The notes beneath the pieces were generated by a model. That model saw nothing but the letters and a program-made list of their open reading frames with translations. It did not search any database and had not been told where the DNA came from. This document shows positions 28,640 through 39,590 of a DNA stretch of 64,000 nt, in pieces. Made by a program: the position numbers and the translations under genes. The stretch covers positions 320-64,319 of the forward strand of contig JAKAFO010000001.1 of NCBI GenBank assembly GCA_021819735.1, read 5' to 3'. Numbering within the stretch: the first letter of the stretch is position 1; every line of letters begins with the position of its first letter. This DNA is from Deltaproteobacteria bacterium. GTDB lineage: Bacteria; Desulfobacterota; Desulfobacteria; Desulfobacterales; Desulfosarcinaceae.

Positions 28640-30469
28640 ATGGACGATATCGCGCAACTGGCCGCTCAATTGGAGGCCTACAACGCCGCCTATCGCGGCG
28701 GCGCGCCCCTGGTGGATGACGCCACGTACGATCGACTGGTCGAGCAGTTGCGTCTCCTGGACCCGCGCCACCCGTTCCTGAAAGCCGTGGAACCGGAGAA
28801 GTTCCCTGGGCGGGCTGAAGTACGTCACCCCAGCCCCATGCTTTCAACCGACAAGGCCTATACCGACGCGCAACTGGAGCGCTACGTGGCGCGGGTGCGC
28901 AAGGAAGCCAACGCTGCCGGCCTGCAAGCGATTCTTTTCCGGGTGACGCCCAAACTCGATGGTCTGGCCGGCCGCGACGACGGACAGGTATTCGTCAGCC
29001 GGGGCAACGGGCTCGTGGGCTACGATATTACCGACGCCTTTTCCAAAGGTGTGGTACCGGTGGGGGGCCGCGGCCAGGGTTTGGGTGAAATCGTGATGGT
29101 CCAATCCTATTTTACCGAACACCTGGCCGACAAGTTCGAACACCCGCGCAACATGGTGGTGGGCATCATCTCCTCCGACACCCTCAATGTCGACGCCCAG
29201 CAAGCCTTGGACGACGGTATGGTGCGCTTCGTCCCCTACAGCCGATTGCCCCAGTGGGAGGGCGACGGCGACGCGTTGCTCAAAGAAATCGAATCGATCA
29301 TCCAGCAGTTGGGCAGCGACATCGATTACCCCATGGACGGCGTGGTGGTCGAGGTCGTGGATCAGGACCTCAAAACCCGCATGGGCGCCACGACCCATCA
29401 CTATCGCTGGCAGATCGCCGTCAAACGCAAGGGCCAGACGGCCGTCACCCAGGTCGAAAACATCCAATGGCAAGTAGGGCGCACCGGTAATGTTACCCCT
29501 GTGCTGGAGGTGACGCCCGTAGCCCTCTCGGGTGCCACGATCCGACGGGTGACCGCGCACCATGCCGGCATGCTGACCAAGCTGGGCATCGGGCCGGGGG
29601 CACGCATCGAAATCATCCGCAGCGGTGAAGTCATCCCCAAGCTGGAGCGGGTTCTGGAAACCGCGGACCGGATCGTTCTGCCCGAGACCTGTCCTGCCTG
29701 CGGCCTGGAACTGAGCTGGAAGGGCGATTTCTTGCGCTGCACCCACCTCAACTGCCCGGCCCAGACCGAGCAGCGCATCAGCCATTGGTTTCGCACCTTG
29801 GGCAATGCCGATTGGTTCGGCATCAAGACCATAAAACGAATCGTGGCCGGTGGATTCGACTCCCTCGAAAAGATCTACACCATGACCACCTCCGATTTTG
29901 CGGCCCTGGGATTCGGACCGGTACAATCGGCCAATCTGGCCGAAGCATTGCGCATCAGCCGCGCCAAAGCGGTGGAAGATTGGCGTTTCCTGGCGGCGTT
30001 GGGCATTCCCGACTTAGGCGTCGGCGACAGCCGCAAAGTGCTGCAACATTACTCGCTGGAGGAGTTGCCGGATCTAGACGCCCAACGAATTCTGGGGATC
30101 AGCGGGTTTGGCGAGATCACCAGCCGATCGATTACCCAGGGCCTGGCCGAAGTACGATCCACCTTGCGCCATCTGCTGAATCTGGGATTCAATCTGGAGC
30201 CGACCCGGCGGGATGACGGTGCGGGGACGCAGGCCGGTCCGCTGGCCGGCAAGAACCTGGTGTTCACCGGCAAGATGCAGCACGGCAGCAGAGAGGCCAT
30301 GCAGGCCGAAGCCCGGCGCCTCGGCGCCAATGTCCAGTCGGCCGTGAGCGGCGCGACGCACTACTTGATCTGCGGTGAAAAAGTGGGGGCCTCCAAGAGG
30401 GAAAAGGCCGCGCAATTGGGCGTCCAAATGCTTTCCGAGGAGCAATACTACCAACTCCTCAAGCAGTAG
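28640..30469 (+). CDS. ligA: NAD-dependent DNA ligase, compact variant
   Basis: YNAAY...DxxYD domain Ia, PMLS, KLDG, DGVV, VGRTG, IIRSGEVIP, Cys4 Zn finger, HhH repeats and BRCT. Confidence 0.85.
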   Translation: MDDIAQLAAQLEAYNAAYRGGAPLVDDATYDRLVEQLRLLDPRHPFLKAVEPEKFPGRAEVRHPSPMLSTDKAYTDAQLERYVARVRKEANAAGLQAILFRVTPKLDGLAGRDDGQVFVSRGNGLVGYDITDAFSKGVVPVGGRGQGLGEIVMVQSYFTEHLADKFEHPRNMVVGIISSDTLNVDAQQALDDGMVRFVPYSRLPQWEGDGDALLKEIESIIQQLGSDIDYPMDGVVVEVVDQDLKTRMGATTHHYRWQIAVKRKGQTAVTQVENIQWQVGRTGNVTPVLEVTPVALSGATIRRVTAHHAGMLTKLGIGPGARIEIIRSGEVIPKLERVLETADRIVLPETCPACGLELSWKGDFLRCTHLNCPAQTEQRISHWFRTLGNADWFGIKTIKRIVAGGFDSLEKIYTMTTSDFAALGFGPVQSANLAEALRISRAKAVEDWRFLAALGIPDLGVGDSRKVLQHYSLEELPDLDAQRILGISGFGEITSRSITQGLAEVRSTLRHLLNLGFNLEPTRRDDGAGTQAGPLAGKNLVFTGKMQHGSREAMQAEARRLGANVQSAVSGATHYLICGEKVGASKREKAAQLGVQMLSEEQYYQLLKQ

Positions 30470-30486
30470 CGGAAAGGCGGTGACCA

Positions 30487-30768
30487 ATGGATACCAATGT
30501 CCGGGCGCATGTGATCATCTCCGGCAGGGTGCAAGGCGTATGCTTTCGCGTTGAAACGGAACGGGCCGCCGACCGTCTGGGCGTCCACGGCTGGGTGCGC
30601 AACCGCAGCGACGGCCGGGTGGAGGCGGTGTTCGAAGGGCCTCAAACAGCCGTCAACGATGCCGTGGCCTGGTGCCACCATGGATCTCCCCCGGCCCGGG
30701 TTACCAACGTGGAGGTCACCTGGGAAACCTACCAGGGCGATCTGCAAGGATTTTCCATCCGACGGTAG
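30487..30768 (+). CDS. acyP: Acylphosphatase
   Basis: GRVQGVCFR and GWVRNRSDGRVE. Confidence 0.93.
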   Translation: MDTNVRAHVIISGRVQGVCFRVETERAADRLGVHGWVRNRSDGRVEAVFEGPQTAVNDAVAWCHHGSPPARVTNVEVTWETYQGDLQGFSIRR

Positions 30769-30786
30769 CGCCGCTCGAATCGTTCT

Positions 30787-31830
30787 TCAGAAGAGCGCGT
30801 TGACGAATTGGGCCGCGTCGAAGGGCTGCAAGTCTTCGATGGATTCCCCCACCCCCACATAGTGCAAGGGCAACTTAAGTTGCTGGCAGATGCTGACGAC
30901 GATGCCGCCTTTGGCCGTGCCGTCCAGCTTGGTGAGCGCCAAGCCCGTGATGCCGATGGATTCATGGAACATTTTGGCTTGGGCGATGGCGTTCTGGCCG
31001 GTGGTGGCATCCAGCACCAGGAGCGTTTCATGGGGCGCATCGGGCAGGCGTTTGGCAACGGTGCGCTGGATCTTTTTCAATTCTTCCATCAGATTGACTT
31101 TGGTGTGCAGGCGGCCGGCGGTGTCGATAAAGACCGTGTCCATGTGGCGCGCCAGTGAGGCTTCGATGCCGTCGTAGGCCACCGCGGCCGGGTCCGCATT
31201 GTCTTTGTGGCGCACGAAATCGGCACCGGCCCGCTCCGCCCAGATGCCGAGCTGTTCGGTGGCGGCGGCCCGGAACGTGTCGGCGGCCACAATCAGAACC
31301 CGTTCCCCTTGGCCGACCCTGCGGGCGGCGAGTTTGCCGATGGTGGTGGTCTTGCCCACACCGTTGACGCCGATGACCATGATGACATGGGGTTTGTGCG
31401 CCTCGGCAGGTGGTGGCGGCGCCACGGCGCTATCCAGCAATTTGAGGATCTCCTGCTTGAGAACCTCCTTGAGCGCCTCGGGAGAACCGATTTTGGCGGC
31501 TTTGCGCGTAACGATTTTCATCAGCTCCATGGCGGTTTGCACGCCGATATCCGAGGTGATCAACAACTCTTCGAGCTCTTCGAGCATCTGATCGTCGATG
31601 CTGGTTTTGCCCTTGAACAGATCTTCGAGATCGGTCGTTAGGATCTCGCGCGTTTTGGCAAGCCCGCGTTTGAGCCGCGCGAATAAGCCCCCTTTGGCCG
31701 GCGCCGCCTCTTCTTCTACGGTTGCTTCCTGCGCCTGGGGCGGCGCCTCAGGTTCCAAAGAAGCCGGTTCGGGCTGCTTCGTTTCCGGTTCCTGGCCTTT
31801 GTTTTTCTTTTTAAACCAATCGAATGCCAT
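30787..31830 (-). CDS. ftsY: Signal recognition particle receptor
   Basis: GVNGVGKTTT, DTFRAAA, DTAGR and TKLDGTAKGG. Confidence 0.97.
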   Translation of the reverse strand: MAFDWFKKKNKGQEPETKQPEPASLEPEAPPQAQEATVEEEAAPAKGGLFARLKRGLAKTREILTTDLEDLFKGKTSIDDQMLEELEELLITSDIGVQTAMELMKIVTRKAAKIGSPEALKEVLKQEILKLLDSAVAPPPPAEAHKPHVIMVIGVNGVGKTTTIGKLAARRVGQGERVLIVAADTFRAAATEQLGIWAERAGADFVRHKDNADPAAVAYDGIEASLARHMDTVFIDTAGRLHTKVNLMEELKKIQRTVAKRLPDAPHETLLVLDATTGQNAIAQAKMFHESIGITGLALTKLDGTAKGGIVVSICQQLKLPLHYVGVGESIEDLQPFDAAQFVNALF

Positions 31831-31851
31831 ACAATAACCTAACTGAAAGCT

Positions 31852-34800
31852 TTATGCGGCTTTGCCTTGAAGATTGACGGATACGATCTTGGAAATGCCT
31901 TTGTGTTCCATGGTAACGCCGAACAGTGTTTCGGCAAACTCCATGCTTTTTTTGTTGTGGGTGATCATGATGATTTGCGATTTTTCACCGATCTTTTGCA
32001 TCAGATTGTTGAAGCGCACCACATTGGCTTCATCCAGGGGCGCGTCGATTTCATCCAACAAACAGAAGGAGGTCGGCCGGATCAGGAAGATTGCGAAAAT
32101 AAAAGCGATGGCCGAAAGCGCCTTTTCGCCGCCGGAGAGCAGGCTCATGCGGGTCAGCTTCTTGCCGGGCGGATGAACCATGTACTCCACGCCGGTCTCC
32201 AATGGCTTGTCCGGTTCGCTCAACTCCAGGCGGGCCGTGCCGCCTTCGAACAACCTGGGAAAGACTTCCGCCAGCTTGGCGTTGACCTGCTCGTAGGTCG
32301 CCATGAACCGTTCCTGGGTGATGCGGTTGATTTTGCGGATCACCTTGTGCAGGTCGTCGATGGCCTTGACCAGGTCGTCCCGCTGGGTGCTGAGAAAATC
32401 GAAGCGATCCTTGAGTTCCTCATACTCCTTGATGGCGCCCAGGTTGACGTCGCCGATGCCGGCCAGTTGGGTGCGCAGGCGTTCCAGCTCTTTTTCCATC
32501 TCCGGCCCGGACATTTGCAGGCCTTCCGCTTGACCCTGCTGCTGCACGCGCAAGGCTGCCACCGATATATGATAGCGCTCCTGGATCTTGCCGGCGATGT
32601 TGTCGCGCATGACCCGCTTTTCCGAAAGATCCAGTTCGAGCAGCCGCATTTTTTCCAGCGTCTTTTCACGCTCGGTTTGGATGGCGGCCTGTTTTTCATC
32701 GCTTTGGCGCAAGGTGGCGTCGATGGCGTTGTAATCCGACTCGTTGGAGGCCATGGATTCTTCGAGCCGTTTCAGGGCGTCATACATTTGCTGCAAGCTG
32801 CCTTCATGGGCTGCGCTCTTAGAGGCGGCAAAAGCCTGCTTCTCTTTTTTCTGCCCAATTTCCGCCCTAAGCTGTTCCAGGCGCACCCGGCTGTCGCGTT
32901 CGAACTCCCGGAGGCGATGCAGGGTGTGGGCACCGTTTTCCAGCTTGGCCTGCAAGGAGGTCAAACGCATTTTGAAGTCCACCACGGTCTGGTTGTGGGA
33001 CTCCAGGCGCGATGTCACCTCGGCGATCTGGCGCGTATTGTCTTCATTCTGGTTCTGCAGAGCTTGAACCTCGGCGACGATCCGGGCCAAGGCTTGATTG
33101 TACTTGCTCAGCTCCTCGTCCAGATCGCTCTCTTCGCCCATGAGCTGCTCTTGTTCCAGCTCGGTGATTTCAAGGTGGCGCCGGGCGTTTTTTAGATCCT
33201 CGCTGAGACGATAGAGCTCTTTTTCGGCGGCCAGGGCCTCTTCGGCGGTGCTGTTTTTGCCGGAGATGGCCTGTTGCAGCTCGTTTTCGAGTCCCCGTAC
33301 CTTTTCTTCCAGGGCCTGCTGGCGGGTCGCCGCCTCGGCCGCCTCACGGTCGAGCTGTTCGGTGCGTTGGGCGAACTCTTTTAGCTCCTGCTTCTTGGCC
33401 AGAATGCCGGAGAACTGCTCCTGGCTGCCGCCGATGAGCACCCCCTGGTGGGAGACGACGTCGCCTGCGGGGGTGACGACGGTTTGCACGCGGCCATTGC
33501 GATTGAACAGGGCCAGGGCCTCCGACAGCGTGGGGACCACCGCCGCATGGCCGAGCAAGGCATCGACCACCGGCTGGAACTCGGGCCGCGCCGTCACATG
33601 GTTCAGCAGGCGGTGTTCGGCGGCCACCGGCGCTTCCCTGGAACCGGCGAGCGGCTTGACCGCGCCGACGGGAATAAAGCCGCAGCGTCCCGCGCCGCTG
33701 GTCTGCAAATAATCGATGGCCGCACCGCCGGCACTTTGATCGGCCACCAGGATGTATTGCAATGCTTCGCCCAGAACTGCTTCCACCGCATTTTCGTAGC
33801 CGGGGGCCGGCTCGATGGCCTCGGCCATGATACCGACAATGCCATCCAGCAGCTTGGCGCTCGAACCATCGGCGGCAGCGGCTTCGGCTGCCGGTCGGCG
33901 GGCGCGCATGATGGCTTTGACGCCGTCCCGGTACCATTCGAAGTTGGCCGACATCTTCTTTAAGGTCGCCAACTGGGCGCGGGCCTTGTTGCGTTCCAGC
34001 TCCACCGTCTGGGTCTGCTTGACCTGGGCGCCCAGCTCGGCCGCTTGCGAGCCGAGTCGGCTTTTCAGGTCGGCGATGCGGCGCTCATAGTCGGCGATGG
34101 CGGCCTTGATCTCGTCCAGGCGGGTCTGGGCCGCGGCGCGCTCTTTGTCCGTCTTGGACACTTTTTGAGCCGCCAGGGCCACCTCTTCGTCGATGCGCTT
34201 GAGGCGCCGTTTCAGATTCTCCTTGTTGTTGGAAGCGGTCTGATAGGTGTTCTTGTAACGCGCCTCCTCGGCCACCAAATGCATCAGGTTGTTTTTGTGC
34301 GCCTCGGCCTGCTGGTTCAAGCGACTGAGCTGGTCCTGCAACCCCTGGGCGCCGGCTTTTTCTTGCTCCACGGCCGATTTGAGGCGGCCGATCTCCTCCT
34401 GCAACTGCTGGTTCTGGGCCTCGACCTGGGTCACTTCCGTACCGATAGTGGCGGTTTTTGCGGTCAAATCCCTTTGGGCTTGATCCAGGGCGGCCGTTTC
34501 CGTTTGCAGGCGCTCGGCCTCGCTTTTGAGGTGTTTGCGTTCGGCCTCGATACGGTCGATGTTGCGCTGGGTTTCGAAGCGTTGGGATTTCTGCTCCGAG
34601 ATCTCCTGATTTTTTTGCCAGCGTTTGAGTTTGATCTCTTCCACGGCCGCATCGATCTTCTTCAGTTGGGTGACATGGGCGATGTCGGCGTCCTTGAGTT
34701 CTCTGATTAAATTTTCGGCGGTCCCGATCTGGCCGCTGTAGCTATCGAAATGATTCAGCAGCAGATGGGTGTCGATGACCTTGACCCGTTCTTGATACTG

Positions 34801-35457
34801 CTTGTAGCGTTCGGCCTTTTTGGCCTGCCGCTGAAGCCCGGCCATCTGGCGGTTGACCTCGGCGATGATGTCATTGATGCGCAGCATGTTCTGCTCGGTG
34901 GCCTTGACCTTGCGCAGGGCTTCGTTTTTACGGAACTTGTAGCGCGTGACGCCGGCCGCCTCTTCCAGAAACAAGCGCCGTTCATCCGGGCCGGCATCGA
35001 TGATGGCACCGATGTTGCCCTGTTGGATGATGGCAAAAGTGCGCGTGCCCACGCCGCTGCCCATGAAAAGATTGAAGATATCCTTGAGGCGGCAGGGCTG
35101 TTTGTTGATCAGGTAGGCGCTCTCGCCCGAGCGGAACAGGCGCCGGGTAACGCTGATTTCAGGGTAGTCGCGGAACTCTTCGGGGGCATTACCGTTGTCG
35201 TTGGCCATCGTGAGGGTCACTTCGGCCATATTCAGCGGCGGTTTGCCGTTTGCGCCGGAGAAAATGATATCCTCCATGCTCTTGCCGCGGAGCTGTTTGA
35301 CGCTTTGTTCGCCCATGACCCAACGCAAGGCATCGATGACGTTGCTTTTGCCGCAACCGTTGGGTCCTACAATGGCTGAAATCCCTGGCGGAAAATGGAT
35401 GCTGGCTTTGTCCAGGAACGATTTGAAACCGACGATTTCGAGCTTTGTAAGCTTCAT
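31852..35457 (-). CDS. smc: Chromosome segregation protein SMC
   Basis: GFKSF, GPNGCGKSN, coiled coils with a hinge, LSGGEK and LDEIDAPLD; GGAGG RBS before 35457. Confidence 0.97.
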   Translation of the reverse strand: MKLTKLEIVGFKSFLDKASIHFPPGISAIVGPNGCGKSNVIDALRWVMGEQSVKQLRGKSMEDIIFSGANGKPPLNMAEVTLTMANDNGNAPEEFRDYPEISVTRRLFRSGESAYLINKQPCRLKDIFNLFMGSGVGTRTFAIIQQGNIGAIIDAGPDERRLFLEEAAGVTRYKFRKNEALRKVKATEQNMLRINDIIAEVNRQMAGLQRQAKKAERYKQYQERVKVIDTHLLLNHFDSYSGQIGTAENLIRELKDADIAHVTQLKKIDAAVEEIKLKRWQKNQEISEQKSQRFETQRNIDRIEAERKHLKSEAERLQTETAALDQAQRDLTAKTATIGTEVTQVEAQNQQLQEEIGRLKSAVEQEKAGAQGLQDQLSRLNQQAEAHKNNLMHLVAEEARYKNTYQTASNNKENLKRRLKRIDEEVALAAQKVSKTDKERAAAQTRLDEIKAAIADYERRIADLKSRLGSQAAELGAQVKQTQTVELERNKARAQLATLKKMSANFEWYRDGVKAIMRARRPAAEAAAADGSSAKLLDGIVGIMAEAIEPAPGYENAVEAVLGEALQYILVADQSAGGAAIDYLQTSGAGRCGFIPVGAVKPLAGSREAPVAAEHRLLNHVTARPEFQPVVDALLGHAAVVPTLSEALALFNRNGRVQTVVTPAGDVVSHQGVLIGGSQEQFSGILAKKQELKEFAQRTEQLDREAAEAATRQQALEEKVRGLENELQQAISGKNSTAEEALAAEKELYRLSEDLKNARRHLEITELEQEQLMGEESDLDEELSKYNQALARIVAEVQALQNQNEDNTRQIAEVTSRLESHNQTVVDFKMRLTSLQAKLENGAHTLHRLREFERDSRVRLEQLRAEIGQKKEKQAFAASKSAAHEGSLQQMYDALKRLEESMASNESDYNAIDATLRQSDEKQAAIQTEREKTLEKMRLLELDLSEKRVMRDNIAGKIQERYHISVAALRVQQQGQAEGLQMSGPEMEKELERLRTQLAGIGDVNLGAIKEYEELKDRFDFLSTQRDDLVKAIDDLHKVIRKINRITQERFMATYEQVNAKLAEVFPRLFEGGTARLELSEPDKPLETGVEYMVHPPGKKLTRMSLLSGGEKALSAIAFIFAIFLIRPTSFCLLDEIDAPLDEANVVRFNNLMQKIGEKSQIIMITHNKKSMEFAETLFGVTMEHKGISKIVSVNLQGKAA

Positions 35458-35875
35458 GGTGGTGGCCTCCGGAGTCAACCGGTCGATGTGCAGCGGAGCA
35501 TCGGTGCATTTTACAGGGATGCTCCAGTCGTGGAATCGAACAAGACGGTCCCGAATGGTAGCGGTCGTTGAATTGTGATTTTCATATCAAGGCATCGGCC
35601 GCTTGTAAAGTCAAAAGCCCCAATGGAAGGTATTAAAATATGGGGAGCCATACTATATTTAGTGTTATCAAGGTTCGGGCGGCTGTTATGGTGCGATCTG
35701 CGGGCGCGCCGTGCGGTTCGCGCTAAAACGCGCTCGGCGGGCACTGGATAGCCTGCCCGACCGAAGCCTTCAAATCACTTGACTTGCGGCCACTATGGTC
35801 GCTATTAAACCCTCATTTCGTGCGCCCGGCCATATCGAGCCTGTCTAACACCACATAAATTGCAGGGAGGTCCTT

Positions 35876-37981
35876 GTGTCGCCAATGAAGCCTGTCGATA
35901 TCGGTAACCTTTTAGAACATCCCGAGGTTCAAAGGGCAACGTCGCCCATCAGCGAATCGGTCAAGGGCCGGCGCGCTTTCAAACCGCCTGTATGCCGAGT
36001 CTTCGAGAGCAAGTTTACCAAGGTGGTCCCGGTTGAGAAATTTCATTTCGATATCGATCCCGAGGCCCAACGCCAATTGCCGGATATCATCAACAACAAA
36101 GTGCAAGTCGTGGTCGGCGTGGATCAACCCAGTGACGCAGAGGCCAAAGCGTATCGCCGCCCCCGGCGGATCGGCATCGTTTTTTCGGGAGGCCCCGCCC
36201 CGGGAGGCCATAACGTCATCGCGGGATTGTACGATGCGGCCAAACGCGCCAATCCGGAGAATCGCATCTTCGGGTTCTTGGTGGGCCCGGATGGAATTCT
36301 GGAAAACGAGTATGTCGAGCTCTCCGATGAACTGGTGGATGCCTACCGTAACCTGGGGGGGTTCACCATGATCAAGACCGGACGCACCAAAATCGATACT
36401 CCCAAGAAGATGGCCCTGGCCAAAGAGACCATCCTGGGGCTGGCTCTGGATGGGGTGGTGATCGTGGGCGGGGATGACTCCAACACCAATGCCGCCTTTC
36501 TGGCACAAGCGCTTTTCGCCGACAAGGTTCAAATTATCGGCGTGCCCAAAACCATTGACGGCGATATTCAGGTCCGGGATGCGCATGGCAATGTCTTATG
36601 CGCCATGTCTTTCGGCTTTCATTCGGCCGCGCGCGCCTTTGCCCAGGCGATCAGCAACCTGAGCAACGACAGCAGCTCCGACATCAAATACTGGCACTTC
36701 TGCCGGGTGATGGGGCGCGTGGCCAGCCATCTCGCGCTGGAAGTGGCCCTGCAAACCCACGCCAACTTGACCCTGATCGGCGAGGACCTGGCCGATTACG
36801 TGGATACTCAGCGTCTGGAGAAATCCAAAAAGGAAAAGACGACCGATTATACCGCCTATGGCATGACCTTGCGCCATCTGTCGCGCGTGATTTGCGAGAG
36901 TATTGTGCGCCGTGCAGCCGTGGGCAAAAACTACGGTGTGGCGGTCATTCCAGAGGGCATCCTGGAGTTTATCAATGAGATCGAAGTGTTCATCATTAAG
37001 CTGAACACGATCATCGCTCAATATAATGCTACGCACGACAAGGATTTCCATACCAGTTTGCCGTTATTGAGCCAAAAGCTGGATTACCTGGGGCATCTGG
37101 TGCGAGATACGCCGATCGGCTTGGCGCCCAATGTCTGGAATGCCCGGGACGACGAGCTTTTCAATGACCTGCCGGAGTTCTTCCAGGAAGGGTTGCTCAC
37201 CGAAAGAGATAACCATGGCAACTTCCAGTTCTCCCAGGTACCGACGGAGAAAGTACTGCTCGACCTCGTCAAAGACTACCTGAAGATTCTCCGGGATCAG
37301 GGCAAATACAAAATCGGTATTCATGCGGACTATTACGCAAAGATCCTGAAGAAAGCCGGCCTGCAACCGGAATATTACGGCCCCATTCTCTTCAGAGATT
37401 ATGGCCAGTCGGAATATCTGCTGGTCAAAGAGGGCATCATCTCCTTGAGAACCTTAAAGAATGCTCTCGTCCAGGGCGGCGCCATGGATGCCGAAGGCAC
37501 CATCCCGCCTGCTATCGAAAAGATTTTTAACCAGTCGGTGCCTAAATTCAAAACCCAATCTCACTTCTACGGGTATGACGGCCGGGGTACCGATCCCACC
37601 AAATTCGATTGCACCTATACCTATAACTTGGGGCTGACGGTTTTCAGCCTGATTGCCAACGGCGCCACCGGCCAAATGGCGGCCATACGCAATCTGGAGC
37701 ATGGATTCGAGCATTGGGAGCCGATGGGGGTGCCCATCGCGCCGTTGATGCGGTTGGAAGAAAGAAAAGGCCGTTTAACCTTGGTGCTGGAAAAGAGCGT
37801 GGTGGATGTCAATTCTCCCGCATTTTTGGTGGTCAAGGCATTCCGGGAGAATTGGCTGGCGGCAACGCCGTCCTCGGATCAATATCGCCGGCCTGGTCCC
37901 ATACGGCTGCACAGCGACAGGGAAGAGGATCGGCCCATAACCCTGATGCTCAACGCCATCGGCCAAAAGATCGATGGATAA
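35876..37981 (+). CDS. pfp: Pyrophosphate-dependent phosphofructokinase, long type with inserts
   Basis: SGGPAPGGHNV, GGDDS (Asp typical of PPi specificity), PKTIDGD, MGR and GYDGRG. Confidence 0.88.
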   Translation: MSPMKPVDIGNLLEHPEVQRATSPISESVKGRRAFKPPVCRVFESKFTKVVPVEKFHFDIDPEAQRQLPDIINNKVQVVVGVDQPSDAEAKAYRRPRRIGIVFSGGPAPGGHNVIAGLYDAAKRANPENRIFGFLVGPDGILENEYVELSDELVDAYRNLGGFTMIKTGRTKIDTPKKMALAKETILGLALDGVVIVGGDDSNTNAAFLAQALFADKVQIIGVPKTIDGDIQVRDAHGNVLCAMSFGFHSAARAFAQAISNLSNDSSSDIKYWHFCRVMGRVASHLALEVALQTHANLTLIGEDLADYVDTQRLEKSKKEKTTDYTAYGMTLRHLSRVICESIVRRAAVGKNYGVAVIPEGILEFINEIEVFIIKLNTIIAQYNATHDKDFHTSLPLLSQKLDYLGHLVRDTPIGLAPNVWNARDDELFNDLPEFFQEGLLTERDNHGNFQFSQVPTEKVLLDLVKDYLKILRDQGKYKIGIHADYYAKILKKAGLQPEYYGPILFRDYGQSEYLLVKEGIISLRTLKNALVQGGAMDAEGTIPPAIEKIFNQSVPKFKTQSHFYGYDGRGTDPTKFDCTYTYNLGLTVFSLIANGATGQMAAIRNLEHGFEHWEPMGVPIAPLMRLEERKGRLTLVLEKSVVDVNSPAFLVVKAFRENWLAATPSSDQYRRPGPIRLHSDREEDRPITLMLNAIGQKIDG

Positions 37982-39590
37982 TGTTGCCGGACGCGTGCGC
38001 CGCCTGCTGAAGACCATCCATTCTTTGCGGCGCAAGCTGGTTGCCGAAAGACAAGCCAACTCCCAGTTACGCAGCAGCCACGCGCAATTTCGTGCACTGG
38101 TGGAGTCTTCGGTCGATCACATCTTCATGCTCGATGAAAAAGGGGTATACCTGTTCAGCAACGATCAGGTGACACCATTGGGAATGCGCGCCGGGCAACA
38201 ACTGGTAGGTCGAAGACTGCAAGATGTTTACCCTCACGACGTGTGCACCTTTTATCGAGAAAAAGTAAAAGAGGTTTTTAAGCACGGCCGCACGGTGATT
38301 TTTTCGCATGAAAAGGAAGCCGGCAAGGGAACCGAGTTTTTTCAAATCACCCTATACCCGATCCACCGGGAAGGCCGGATCTGGGCCGTGGGCGGCATCT
38401 GTCGCGACATGTCGGAACACAAGCGCATCGAAAAGCAGTTGTCCCAGACCCAGAAAATGGAGGCCCTGGGGACATTGGTGGCCGGGGTTGCCCACGAGAT
38501 CAACAACCCCGTCAATTTGATCCTTTTCAATCTGCCGCTCTTCGAAAAGATGTGGCGGGATTTAATCCCCATGCTCGATAGGGTCGGGGAGGGGCTGCGG
38601 AACGCCAAATTCGGCGGATTGACCTATGCCTTTATTAAAGAGAACATGCCCCGGCTGATCTCCGACATGAAGATGGCGGCTAACCGCGTGGCCAACATCG
38701 TCAATGGGCTCAAACAATTTTCCAGGAAAAGCAATCCCGCCGAAAAGTCGGAAGTCCAAATCAATGTCGCGGTAGAAAATGCGGCGCGACTCGGTGCCGC
38801 CACCTTGTCCGGCTCTAAAACCGAGCTGCAATTGAATCTGGAGCCGAACCTGCCCTTGTTGCACGCCAATCTCCAGAACCTTGAGCAAATTATACTGAAC
38901 CTGATGATCAATGCGCATCAATCCATCGATCACGAAAAGGGTCTGGTGCGGATTGCTACTGCTTGGCGCGCCCAGGACCAAGCCATTCTCATTGAGGTAG
39001 CCGACAACGGGCATGGCATCAATCCCGCGGTGGCGGATAAAATCTTCGATCCCTTTGTGACCGACCGCCAGACGAAAGGGGGCACGGGCATCGGTTTGTC
39101 TGTGACCTATAATCTGGTCAAGGCCCATAGAGGAGAGATTTCTTTTGAATCCAAGCCCGGGCAGGGCACAAAGTTCACCGTCCTCTTGCCCACGGCGGAA
39201 AAGCCCAAGCCGCAGCGCGTCATGGTCGTGGACGATGACCCGGCTTTCAGGGCGCTGTTGATCCAATCCATTTCGAGAAAAACCAATTTCGTGGCCGAGG
39301 GTTTTGCCAATGGTGCCGAAGCATTGATCCGGCTGGGGAGCTATCCGCCCGATCTGCTGGTGCTCGATATGTTCATGCCCGAAATCGATGGTCTGGGGGT
39401 ATGCCGGGCCATTAAGAATGAGCTGGGGCTCGAGATGATGAGGGTGATCATCGTCACGGGGTTCCCAAAACATCCCAATATCGTGGCCGCCGAGCAGCTA
39501 GGTTTCCATCAAATTTTAACCAAACCTTTGGATATGGAGTTTTTCATCCAGGTGGTGAAAGAAAAGCTAAATGGAAAATCAACCGGATAA
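37974..39590 (+). CDS. Cytoplasmic hybrid histidine kinase (PAS - HisKA - HATPase - REC)
   Basis: AHEINNP, DNGHGI, FDPFVT, GTGIGL and C-terminal REC (VVDDD...LDMFMP...KP). No TM segment; overlaps the pfp stop. Confidence 0.92.
   Translation: MDNVAGRVRRLLKTIHSLRRKLVAERQANSQLRSSHAQFRALVESSVDHIFMLDEKGVYLFSNDQVTPLGMRAGQQLVGRRLQDVYPHDVCTFYREKVKEVFKHGRTVIFSHEKEAGKGTEFFQITLYPIHREGRIWAVGGICRDMSEHKRIEKQLSQTQKMEALGTLVAGVAHEINNPVNLILFNLPLFEKMWRDLIPMLDRVGEGLRNAKFGGLTYAFIKENMPRLISDMKMAANRVANIVNGLKQFSRKSNPAEKSEVQINVAVENAARLGAATLSGSKTELQLNLEPNLPLLHANLQNLEQIILNLMINAHQSIDHEKGLVRIATAWRAQDQAILIEVADNGHGINPAVADKIFDPFVTDRQTKGGTGIGLSVTYNLVKAHRGEISFESKPGQGTKFTVLLPTAEKPKPQRVMVVDDDPAFRALLIQSISRKTNFVAEGFANGAEALIRLGSYPPDLLVLDMFMPEIDGLGVCRAIKNELGLEMMRVIIVTGFPKHPNIVAAEQLGFHQILTKPLDMEFFIQVVKEKLNGKSTG

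Noticed and set aside
26591-33195. Long antisense ORFs (26591-28150, 28844-29926, 31867-33195)
   Set aside because: These are shadow frames opposite GC-rich housekeeping genes and show no recognisable motifs.
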